From positions 1 to 64,000 of the forward strand of contig JAANOX010000101.1 of NCBI GenBank assembly GCA_020184695.1: 64,000 nt of DNA. Direction: 5' to 3'. How positions within the stretch are numbered: the first letter of the stretch is position 1; every line of letters starts with the position of its first letter. The notes below the pieces were generated by a model. It was not told where the DNA came from, searched no databases, and saw nothing but the letters and a program-made list of their open reading frames with translations. Below are positions 21,256 to 30,807 of this stretch, piece after piece. Origin of the DNA: Histomonas meleagridis 2922-C6/04-290x (lineage: Eukaryota; Protista; Parabasalia). Position numbers and translations under genes: made by a program.

Positions 21256-24024
21256 ATGGCAACAAATAATAACTTTTTTGACTTTCCACAATTTGATTCT
21301 TTCCCAAAGAGTGAAAACTCAAATAGCAAAGGTGGATTTGAATTTCCTTCTTTTGAAGCATTTGGAAATAATTCAAAAGAAGAAATAAAATTCCCATCTT
21401 TTGATTCTCCAAAACAAGAAACAAAATTTCCATCATTTGACGAACCTAACAAAAGTAACAATTTCCCATCATTTGATTTAACTAATCAAGGAAGTTCTGA
21501 TAATAAATTCCCATCATTTGACTTAACAAATCAAGAACATAGTAAAGAAAATTCATCTCTATCTAGTGACCATAAGTCAGAAAATAAGAGCAATAAATTT
21601 CCATCACTTGATGAGTTTAGACAGGAATTTAACTTTTCATCATTTGATGAACCACAAAAAGATAACAAATTTTCAAATGACACTTCAACGCAAGATACCA
21701 AATTTCCATCTTTTGATGAATTTAAGAATGAAAATACTTTTCCTTCGTTTGATATTAAACAGGAAAACACCAATGAAACTCAAGCAAAGAAAGATAACAA
21801 GTTCCCATCTGTTGACGAGTTTAGACAAGAGTTTCAATTCCCTTCATTTGATGAACCAAAGCAAGAAAACAAAATCCCATCAATGGATTTATCAAAGCAA
21901 GAAAATGCATTTCCTTCATTCGATAGTAATACTGAGAATATTGCAAATAAATTCCCATCAACTGACTCATCAAAACAAGAGAAAAGATTTCCATCACTCG
22001 ATGAGTTTAGACAAGAATTCAATTTTTCATCATTTGATGATACTAAACAAGAACATAAAGAAAACAAATTTACATCAAATGATGCAACAAAACAAGAAAA
22101 TACTTTTCCTTCATTCGATGATAATAAACAGGAAAATCTGAATAACAAATTCCCATCTATAGATTCATCAAGGCAAGAAAATGCATTTCTTTCATTCGAT
22201 AGTAATACTGAAAATATTAATAATAAATTCCCATCAACTAATTCATCAAAACAAGGCAACAAGTTTCCGTCGCTTGATGAGTTTAGACAAGAATTCAACT
22301 TTTCATCATTTGATGATAATAAACAAGAAAATGTTAATGAAAAATTCCCATCAAATGATGCAACAAAACAAGAAAACAAATTTTCATCACTAGATCCAAA
22401 GCAAGAAAATACATTTCCTTCATTTGATGATAAACAAGAAGGCATTACTAATAAATTCCCATCAACTAATTCATCAAAACAAGAGAATAAGTTTCCGTCG
22501 TTTGATGAGTTTAGACAAGAATTCAACTTTTCATCATATGATGATAATAAACAAGAAAATAACGAAAAATTCCCATCAAATGATGCAACTAAACAAGAAA
22601 ATACATTTCCTTCATTCGATGCATTTAATAACGAAAATAAAACTTCTGAAACAGAAATCGCACATCAACAAAACGAATTCCCATCAAATGATTCACCAAA
22701 TCAAGAAAACAAAGAAAATGTATTTCCTTCATTTGATGCATTTAATAAAGATAATAATAATTCTGAAAAAGAAATCGCACATCAAGAAAACAAATTCCCA
22801 TCATTTGATTCACCAAAGCAAGAAAACAAAGAAAATGTATTTCCTTCATTTGATACATTTAATAACGAAAATAATAACTCGGAAACAGACAAATCACATC
22901 AAGAAAACAAATCTTCATCAAATGACGCCGCACAACATGATAAAGAGAATACATTTCCTTCATTTGATAATATAAAGCAAGAGAACAAATTCCCATCTGT
23001 TGATTCATCGAAACAAGAGAACAAAACTCCATCACTTGACGATTTTAGACAAGAGTTTAACTTTTCGTCATTTGATGAGTCGCAAAAGAACAAATTGTTT
23101 GATGAAATTAAGAGCGATTCGATTGGCGAACTAAACAAAAATGAAAACGTAAATAACAATGAATTATTTTCATTTGATGAACCAAAACATGAAAACCAAC
23201 AAAATGATTTTGCCACATTTGGAGAGTTTGATAATGATAATAAAGTATCTTCAATTGATGAGCACAATAAAAGTGAAAATAATTTTCCTTCATTAGATTC
23301 ACCAAAACAAGAAATTAACGAAAACAGTTTTCCTTCATTTGATACATTTGGCAATGAAAATAAAACATCTGAAGTAGACACAGCACACAACGAAAACATT
23401 ACTAATAAATTCCCATCAACAGACTCATCAAAACAAGAGAACAAGTTTCCGTCGCTTGATGAGTTTAGACAAGAATTCAACTTTTCATCATTTGATGATA
23501 ATAAACAAGAAAATAACGAAAACAAATTCCCATCAGCTGATGCAACTAAACAAGAAAACACATTTCCTTCATTCGATGCATTTAATAACGAAAATAATAA
23601 CTCGGAAGCAGACAAAACACATAAAGAAAACAAATTCCCATCAAATGATACAACAAAGCAAGACAACAAAGGCAATGCATTTCCATCATTTGATACATTT
23701 AATAGCGAAAATAAAACTTCTGAATCAGACAAGACACAGCAAAATAACGCATTTCCATCATTTGATGCGCCCACGCAAGGCAACGCATTTCCTTCATTCG
23801 GTGATTGGTCAGCTAACGTTAGTTTTCCTGCATTTGATTCCACGAATAACTTTTCGCCATTTGACGAAACAAAGAAATTCGATACTTCGTATGAAAGTTT
23901 TGTGGAATTGCTCAACAAATATAATGCGAATGATCCGTTTGATCAAATTGAGCTACAGTTTAAACTACCAAACGTTATAACATATGAATCCGCAATGAAT
24001 TTATTGTTATCAAGCGGGAAATAA
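21256..24024 (+). CDS. Low-complexity repeat protein with many FPSFD / DEFRQEFNFSSFD motifs
   Basis: 922-aa ORF made of imperfect tandem acidic/Phe repeats with a short unique C-terminus. Confidence 0.85.
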   Translation: MATNNNFFDFPQFDSFPKSENSNSKGGFEFPSFEAFGNNSKEEIKFPSFDSPKQETKFPSFDEPNKSNNFPSFDLTNQGSSDNKFPSFDLTNQEHSKENSSLSSDHKSENKSNKFPSLDEFRQEFNFSSFDEPQKDNKFSNDTSTQDTKFPSFDEFKNENTFPSFDIKQENTNETQAKKDNKFPSVDEFRQEFQFPSFDEPKQENKIPSMDLSKQENAFPSFDSNTENIANKFPSTDSSKQEKRFPSLDEFRQEFNFSSFDDTKQEHKENKFTSNDATKQENTFPSFDDNKQENLNNKFPSIDSSRQENAFLSFDSNTENINNKFPSTNSSKQGNKFPSLDEFRQEFNFSSFDDNKQENVNEKFPSNDATKQENKFSSLDPKQENTFPSFDDKQEGITNKFPSTNSSKQENKFPSFDEFRQEFNFSSYDDNKQENNEKFPSNDATKQENTFPSFDAFNNENKTSETEIAHQQNEFPSNDSPNQENKENVFPSFDAFNKDNNNSEKEIAHQENKFPSFDSPKQENKENVFPSFDTFNNENNNSETDKSHQENKSSSNDAAQHDKENTFPSFDNIKQENKFPSVDSSKQENKTPSLDDFRQEFNFSSFDESQKNKLFDEIKSDSIGELNKNENVNNNELFSFDEPKHENQQNDFATFGEFDNDNKVSSIDEHNKSENNFPSLDSPKQEINENSFPSFDTFGNENKTSEVDTAHNENITNKFPSTDSSKQENKFPSLDEFRQEFNFSSFDDNKQENNENKFPSADATKQENTFPSFDAFNNENNNSEADKTHKENKFPSNDTTKQDNKGNAFPSFDTFNSENKTSESDKTQQNNAFPSFDAPTQGNAFPSFGDWSANVSFPAFDSTNNFSPFDETKKFDTSYESFVELLNKYNANDPFDQIELQFKLPNVITYESAMNLLLSSGK

Positions 24025-24310
24025 TAAATATATTTTATTATAAATATGTTTTTATTAAAAATTGTCGTATAAAATCATTTACAAAAATATATAAATGGCC
24101 TTATATAATAAATGTCATTTTACTCCACTTAAATTTATAAGCATTTTATTAATAAAAAGAGCAAAATAAATGCTGATCAGCATATGTATCAATTAATTCA
24201 TAATCTTATCGGAATTTTCTAGAAGGTTACGAAAAAAATCAAAACGGTTATGAAAACATTTAAAACGGTCGCATGAAGTTTTTAAACGGTTATAACTCTA
24301 GTTTTGAACA

Positions 24311-24373
24311 TGGGAAAAGGAAAGAAAATCAATCCTGAACATGCAAAAATCATATATCAAGCATATCTTACAG
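24311..24373 (+). mobile_element. Possible transposase N-terminal stub (MGKGKKINPEHAKIIYQAYL) preceded by three AAACGGT motifs
   Basis: Resembles a Tc1-type transposase start (MGxGKxxxxE); it ends abruptly against the opposite-strand Tc1 remnant. Confidence 0.35.
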
Positions 24374-25290
24374 GATAAGAAGGAAGGTCCCCATCAAAAG
24401 GTTATGCCAAAGAATTATACAAGAAGTTGGGATATGAATTAACGACATATTATAAAATTTCTGAGTTTTTCGAAAATGTTTTATCAAAATGAACCGCTGG
24501 ATCATTATAATGGTCCATGCATTAATGATTGGACTGTATCTTTGGAGGTTCACAAGATTATCATCTCGTGGTGATCTGTGGCTAGCTATCAAGAGCTGAA
24601 TACTTTTTCCATCATTTTCCAGGCACGCAAGGATCCTTGCCCTGAATGATAATACAAGTGCTTGTATGGTTACCATTGGAATCAAATTCCACCCTTATAT
24701 TAAATGAATTTTTACATCTTCTAAGGTTTCGGGATGGCATCCATTCACATAGTGCTTTAAGGTTCCCCATCAGATTTCAATAGGGGAAAAATCACAGCTA
24801 TTTGGAGGTCAATCATTAATCAATCGGCATGCACTATTTAAAAAATCTTACGTGTAGTGCGATGTGTGTGATGGGGAGCCATCTTGCCGCCAAACCCACT
24901 GCCGTTGCCCAAAAATTCGAACAAGTGTTGAAAATACTGAATAACTTTTCGAAATTTCTACATATTTTTTTGAATAGTCTGTTCCATCAATAAATAGGGA
25001 ATCGCTTTTGTAATATACACCTACAGCACTGAAGACCATATGCCCTTTATAAAATTTTTCTTTTACTGCAACGATTTGGTCATTTATTTCACCAATCTTC
25101 CTCCAAACCCATTTCCCATCTGATTTTAAACAAAATCTGGACTCATCTAAAAAGATAATTTTTTAATACTGGAAATCGCTGCTGTTAAGAATATTATTTG
25201 CAAAATTTAATCTTTTTTTAATTTGTTCCTGATTTAAGTTTTTAGATACTTTACATTACTGGAATCCAATTGTATTGACGCGAAAACGGT
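24370..25290 (-). mobile_element. Decayed Tc1-like DD34E transposase
   Basis: Minus strand reads IIFLDESRF...WVWRK, WRQDGSPSH, D*PPNSCDFSPIE with 34 residues between D and E; several stops and frameshifts. Confidence 0.85.
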
Positions 25291-26085
25291 ATAATATAGT
25301 ATTCAAAAAGTGATAAATTTCATTGACTGTGATAAACTTGTCAAATATTTATTTCTGATATTTACGAGTTTTCGATAGAACTTCATAAGAAATTAATTAA
25401 AGAAGGGGTTAATCCAAATGAAATTGCGAAAATAATTCGAAATGATGAAATTGAAAAACTTCAAGAAATATCATCACAAAGTGATTTTGATTTTAATCAA
25501 ACAATTGAACCATCACTTTATGAAAGATGTACAATTATTAATCATTATAATGTTACATTAATTAATTATGCAGCATTTTTTGGATCAATTAAATGTTTTA
25601 AATATTTATTATTAAATGGTGCCAAAGTAAATAGCGCAGGTAAATATTCAGTTGCAGGCGGAAATGAAGAAATTATTTATTTATGTGAACAAAATCATTC
25701 AACATTTGAAGATGCATATGAAGCAGCAATTATGTTTCATCAAAACGATATTTTTAAATATATTTATGAAAACAAATTTGAAAAAATACAACCAAAAACA
25801 AAAAATAATATGATGATGTTAAGAAATAAAGTTAATGATTTGCAATGTTTTTGTATTAGTAAAGATAATTATGAAATTTTAAAATATTTTGAATAAAAAG
25901 GAATTTATATTAATGATAATATTATAAATGAATCAGCAAAAAATGGGAATTTATATCTCATTAAATATTTTCTACAAAATAATAAAATTCCAAAAGATAT
26001 TTTGTGTTTTGCTTCATATTCAGGGAATATTAAACTTGTTGAATATATCCTTGAACAGAAAGGAACTGATGTTAATATTAAAGAT

Positions 26086-27432
26086 ATTTATTTGTTTTAT
26101 TTATTTTTTAGTTTAATGATTTATAGGGAGTAAAAAAAGTGCGTTCGTCAGCCTTTTTTTCAATGAATAAAAAAGTAAAAGAAAATTTGTTCATTTATTA
26201 TGCTATGTATTCACCTTGAGTTTCAATTGTAATTAAAAGTCTGTTTATTCATTCATTATATACGGCTCTGCAGGTGTCTTTAGGAATACTATACAGTAAT
26301 GCCTCAATCTTTTTAAAAAGTTGATCTTCATCTTCAAACGACTCACCTTCGAGCATTTTTTTAGATATCCGAACAGAAAAAAGTCAGATGGTGCGAGATC
26401 TGGCGAAAATGGAGGTTGCGGAAGCCTTTTAATGCTTAATTCATTCAATTTTTCATGAACCAAATGAGGTCTGGCGTTATCCATATGCAAAAAATACTAC
26501 TTAGTTAAAATTTTTTTTGCCAAATCTCCAAGTACAACTTTAGATAAAAATTCCGATAAAATTTTTGACTTATCGGAAGCATTGTCATTGATTTGATACC
26601 AGTTATAGACCATATAACAGATATCATTACTTTTTTGGAGACAATGATTTGTTTGGGTTTGTTTGGTTTTTGCACTCCAGATTCAATTCACATCGAGTTT
26701 CTCCCGTTTACAATATAAATCCAGGTTTCATCTAGTGTCAATATGTGCCTCAGTCTGTGGTCATTTGAACTATAAAGGAATTCAAATAATTACGAAGCAA
26801 TGGTGGCTCTTTTGGCTTTAATTTCTGGAGTCGACTTATGTGGGATCCATTTGAAGTTATTTTTTTCATCCCTAAAATATTAATCATTATATTTTTCACT
26901 GTTTTTGGATCCGCACCTACATTCTTCGCAATTTTCTTCGTCGATGCATATGGATAACTTAATATGAAATTGGTTATTTTTTGATCTAAATCTGATCTTC
27001 TTGGTCTCCCTGTTTTTTTCGATTCGAAAATAAAGAAGGTATGTTCATTCATCTTTTTTGTTAATTTCTGAACTGTTCGAAGTGTAATAATAATATCACC
27101 ATATACAGCATATAATCGTCTATATATGTCTTGATTTTCATTTGATTCTAACCAAAGGAAATGGACAACAGAACGTAATTCCTCAATTGGAACTGACATA
27201 AGAATGCTTAAACGTTCTCTTTCAGAGGGTATCCTGAAAAAAAGTTGTTTTACTTCATGCATCATATTTATTTGGAAATAAGTATTATAATGATAATATA
27301 TTTATTATAGATTTTATCTATATAACTTGATTTTATAAATATCTAATATAAATCGAAAAAGGCCTGACGAACGGACTTTTTCCACCCCCTATATTATTTC
27401 AAAATAATATTTGGAAATTATTTAAATTATTT
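26086..27432 (+). other. 4 x 17-nt insert array split by the mariner element
   Basis: Inserts at 26086-26102, 26106-26122, 27396-27412, 27416-27432; codons GAT|ATT|..|GGA|AAG ACA GCA. Four extra nt (27392-27395) remain at the transposon site. Confidence 0.75.
26126..27389 (-). mobile_element. Mariner-like DNA transposon (1264 bp), decayed transposase
   Basis: Imperfect TIRs GGGAGTAAAAAAAGTGCGTTCGTCAG / CTGACGAACGGACTTTTTCCACCCCC, TA duplication at 26124-26125 and 27390-27391, motifs TLDETW, HMDNARPH, SPDLAPSDFFLFGYLK; transposase split by frameshifts. Confidence 0.92.
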
Positions 27433-27525
27433 AAGACAGCACTTATGTATGCAGCCAAATATGGTTATAAAGAAATAGTTAAATTACTTCTTGAACAAGA
27501 AGGAATTGATATTAATGCTAAGGGT

Positions 27526-27602
27526 ATTTATTTGTTTTATTTAATATTTAATTTAATAATTTAGTATTTCAAAATAATATTTGGAAATTATTTAAATTAT
27601 TT
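27526..27602 (+). other. 4 x 17-nt inserts with three single-codon micro-exons
   Basis: GGT|ATTTATTTGTTTTATTT|AAT|ATTTAATTTAATAATTT|AGT|ATTTCAAAATAATATTT|GGA|AATTATTTAAATTATTT|AAT ACG GCA = G-N-S-G-N-T-A. Confidence 0.9.
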
Positions 27603-27695
27603 AATACGGCAATTATGATTGCATCTGAAAATGGTCATATAGAAATAATTAAATTACTTCTTGAACAAGAAGGAATTGATATTAATGCTAAAGAT

Positions 27696-27772
27696 ATTTA
27701 TTTGTTTTATTTAATATTTAATTTAATAATTTAGTATTTCAAAATAATATTTGGAAATTATTTAAATTATTT
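27696..27772 (+). other. 4 x 17-nt inserts with three single-codon micro-exons
   Basis: Inserts at 27696-27712, 27716-27732, 27736-27752, 27756-27772; decoded D-N-S-G-F-T-A-L. Confidence 0.9.
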
Positions 27773-27865
27773 TTTACAGCACTTATGTATGCAACCAAAT
27801 ATGGCTATATAGAAATAGTTAAATTACTTCTTGAACAAGAAGGAATTGATATAAATTCCAAGGCT

Positions 27866-27942
27866 CTATAAAAATATTATTTCAAATTTATTTTAACAAT
27901 TTGAAATTATAGAATAAAATTTGGAAATTATCCGATTTATTT
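27866..27942 (+). other. 4 x 17-nt inserts (sequence-diverged) with three single-codon micro-exons
   Basis: GCT|CTATAAAAATATTATTT|CAA|ATTTATTTTAACAATTT|GAA|ATTATAGAATAAAATTT|GGA|AATTATCCGATTTATTT|TAT ACA GCA = A-Q-E-G-Y-T-A. Confidence 0.9.
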
Positions 27943-28891
27943 TATACAGCACTTATGATAGCATCTGAACTTAACAAAATAGAAATCGCTAAATTACTTC
28001 TCGAACAAAAAGGTTTTGATATTAATGACCTTTCTCATGAGAAAGATGTTTAAATGTTTATTCATTTAAAGTATGAAAACAATAATAACGAATTTTTATA
28101 TAAAAAAAATTACAAGAAGGATCATTGATTGACTCTGTCATATAAGGCTCATATGAAAATAAATTTAAATTGTCAAATGTATCGTGGAAATTAAATTTTA
28201 AATTTAATTTCATAAAAAATGAAATTTTATGTATTTGTAATGTTTTTATTATTTTAAATCTTTGCTTTAATTTATGCTGAATAAGGTAGGTTATACCAGA
28301 TCTAAATCCATTTTTCAAACAAAAAAAAAATAATTTGTATTTCCGTAAAAGGAGTGTTATTTAAAAAAAAAATGAAATTTTTTATTCATTTTACCAAAAC
28401 CCTGTGATTCATATAAAAATTTGTTCTCATGTTTTTCGATAATGAATGCCTAAATCAAAATTTTAGTCAATGTGAATACTAATACCTGTGATTTTTAAAG
28501 TTCTTAAATTCAAGATATAAGTATTTTAAAGTTGTTGAATTATGTGTTGCTGCAGCACTAGTTCACTATTCACTCAATCCTATATGATCACGTGACGAAG
28601 CATTATCTGAAAACGACCTTCAGCAGATAAAGCATAACACGGCCTTGAAATTGACTTACTTGCGATTACATTTTTATGTTTATTGCCAGATATTTATATC
28701 TTATTTGTTATGTTTTGTTGTTCAAAAAGAAGAAGAAAAGATAAAAACAACTTACATTCTGACTAAACGTTTTGGATATCATATATCACTTATTCAATTT
28801 CAACCGTGTAGTTGGATAATTATTTGTTTTGATCAAAGCGTAGTAAATTTTCATGTCACATGTCACTCAGCTTGCTGTGTAGGAAAAAATA

Positions 28892-30313
28892 ATGGAAAGA
28901 ATACTTTCTCAGGATGGATTTCGTGCAACAGTTCGATGGAGGGGAGTTTTAAAAGACGCCCATGGCAATGAAATTAAATATATAGGTGTCGAGTGGGATG
29001 AACAATCACGTGGAAAACATAATGGAGAATACAAAGGAAAAAAATTATTCGATGTTAAAATCCCAAACAGTGGGTCCTTTCTTCGGGAAGGAACGGTTAA
29101 AGAAGGTATAAAATTATCAGATGTTATTTCAGATTATTCTTGTTCAGGTGGATTTCTTTCTCTTGACAATAGTCTTCTTGCATCACTTGGAAACATTAGC
29201 GAACTTCCTCCATCCGTAAAAGTAGTAAATGTTTCAAACACTTTGGTTGCAACATCTCAATTTATTTGGGATATTTTAGACATATCCCCAAACATTGAAT
29301 GTCTTATTATGGGCAAAATATTTTTTGTTGAATTTCCTCCTCCTACAAAGCAATATAACCTCAAAGAAATTATTTTAAATAATACAAATATCACAGAAAA
29401 TCAAATCAAAATAATATTATCAGCATTTCCACATCTTACTACAATCGATGTCTCTTTTTGTACGCCATTTTCCCTTATGATTTTTAAAGAATACACAAAT
29501 TTGCATAAGATTCATCTTGATGGACTTCAAATAAATGACTTCAAATTAGTCTCTGAAGCTATTGGAAAACTTCCAAATCTGGAATGTCTCTCTCTTTGCA
29601 ATAACGAAATTAAAATTATTGAATATATTCCAGAAACATTTTTAGAATTGAAAACTCTTCTTCTTAAATCCAACTCTATACTTGATTTGTTTTCATTGGA
29701 TGGGCTTTTGCAGATGCCAAAATTAGAAGATCTACAAATTCAGAGAAATCCCATTCAAGATTCAATTGGGGAAATAGAAACTCGTCTTTTGTGTGTAGCT
29801 CGTTTCCCATGTCTTAAAAAACTTAATGGTAGTCCGATTACACCATCTGAAATTCAACAAAGCGAAATCCAATATTTGGAATATTTTTCCAAAGATGTAG
29901 TGAAAAATGGCCCACAAAGGCATCCTAGATGGAATGAACTCTGTCAGAAATACGGAGCTCCACAAGTTGAACAGGAAAAAGTTGTACAAAAGAAGCGAGC
30001 GGCCGTTAAATTTGTTTTTAACGGTCGCACTATTGAAAAAACCGTTCCGCTATCGATGAAAATTGGAACATTAAATTCACATGTAACACGAATGTTTAAA
30101 ATACAAGGCACAGAAATTGAGCTTGCAATCCAGACTGGGAACTATAAAACATCATTGTTATACCCAGAACAAACACTTCTTGAGGTTGGTTGTAATGATG
30201 GAAGTATCATCTTTGCTGCAAAAGCTGGAGATATGGAGTTAAATGAAGATTTGCAAGCGAAGTCATTTAAAATTAGATCAATTTCTCAACAAATAGAAAA
30301 GAGTGATATTTAA
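28892..30313 (+). CDS. TBCE: Tubulin-specific chaperone E (CAP-Gly, LRR, ubiquitin-like)
   Basis: ATVRWRG...YIGVEWDEQSRGKHNG...GSFL CAP-Gly, LRRs, SEIQYL, and a C-terminal UBL-like segment. Confidence 0.9.
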   Translation: MERILSQDGFRATVRWRGVLKDAHGNEIKYIGVEWDEQSRGKHNGEYKGKKLFDVKIPNSGSFLREGTVKEGIKLSDVISDYSCSGGFLSLDNSLLASLGNISELPPSVKVVNVSNTLVATSQFIWDILDISPNIECLIMGKIFFVEFPPPTKQYNLKEIILNNTNITENQIKIILSAFPHLTTIDVSFCTPFSLMIFKEYTNLHKIHLDGLQINDFKLVSEAIGKLPNLECLSLCNNEIKIIEYIPETFLELKTLLLKSNSILDLFSLDGLLQMPKLEDLQIQRNPIQDSIGEIETRLLCVARFPCLKKLNGSPITPSEIQQSEIQYLEYFSKDVVKNGPQRHPRWNELCQKYGAPQVEQEKVVQKKRAAVKFVFNGRTIEKTVPLSMKIGTLNSHVTRMFKIQGTEIELAIQTGNYKTSLLYPEQTLLEVGCNDGSIIFAAKAGDMELNEDLQAKSFKIRSISQQIEKSDI

Positions 30314-30327
30314 CTAAATAAAAAATT

Positions 30328-30633
30328 CTATTGTGTAGTTGTTGTGGAAAGTTGGTTGAGAATTGTATCCGCGCGTTTGGAAATGTTGGAAATGCGTGAA
30401 CGGGCATTCTCAAGACGATCGCAAAGAGAATTAATTCTGTCTATTACATCTTTAAGGTCTGATGGAGGAAGATTATTAAGGACTTTCTCAAAGGCAATTG
30501 TTAGATCTTCAAGTTTGGAATCAATTTCTTTTTGTTGTACTTTAACTTCTTTGATTTTTTTCGATGTCGTCTCTTCAAGAGGTTTCATTAATTCGATCAT
30601 TTTTGCTTGTAGTTTTACCTGGTCTTTGTTCAT
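30328..30633 (-). CDS. Small coiled-coil protein (possibly SNAPIN/BLOC-1-like)
   Basis: 101-aa ATG ORF with heptad pattern; the family name is a guess. Confidence 0.55.
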   Translation of the reverse strand: MNKDQVKLQAKMIELMKPLEETTSKKIKEVKVQQKEIDSKLEDLTIAFEKVLNNLPPSDLKDVIDRINSLCDRLENARSRISNISKRADTILNQLSTTTTQ

Positions 30634-30807
30634 TTTTTGGTTAATTGTGACCGTTTACTGAAACGTTAATTAATGTGCGTAGAATCCAATTCATTACCGA
30701 AGTCTTACTTGTTCGAACTTGAATATTTTTATCATTTTAAATAGTTCCCAATTTAGCTCGCATAGAAATGAAAATATAAATCATTTTAAGTTGGTAACCA
30801 ATGTTTA

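Larger units (their letters stand above)
25336..28053 (+). pseudogene. DUF3447-type/ankyrin repeat gene with 17-nt insert arrays; 5' truncated, in-frame stop at 25894-25896, mariner insertion
   Basis: KEGVNPNEIAKIIRNDEIEKLQ...YAAFFGSIKCFKYLL is paralogous to the gene at 1-2190. After removing the inserts the ankyrin units read TALMYAAKYG..., TAIMIASENG..., TALMYATKYG..., TALMIASELN...; stop at 28051-28053. Confidence 0.8.

Noticed and set aside
21531-23980. Long antisense and alternate-frame ORFs over the FPSFD gene
   Set aside because: By-products of the repetitive coding sequence; no independent protein features.
27524-27564. Canonical 41-nt GT-AG intron explaining the first spacer
   Set aside because: It is in frame but gives an aberrant loop (KVFQNNIWKLFKLFNTA). 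The sister spacer starts AT rather than GT and the 63.9-kb copy lacks the AG, whereas the 17+3 parse fits all copies and restores the consensus Gly.
27694-27777. U12-type AT-AC intron, or acceptor at ACAG|CA
   Set aside because: Phases are inconsistent between loci. The AC/AG comes from Thr-Ala codons (one copy is ACG GCA with no AG), and such splicing would delete the conserved Thr and hairpin.
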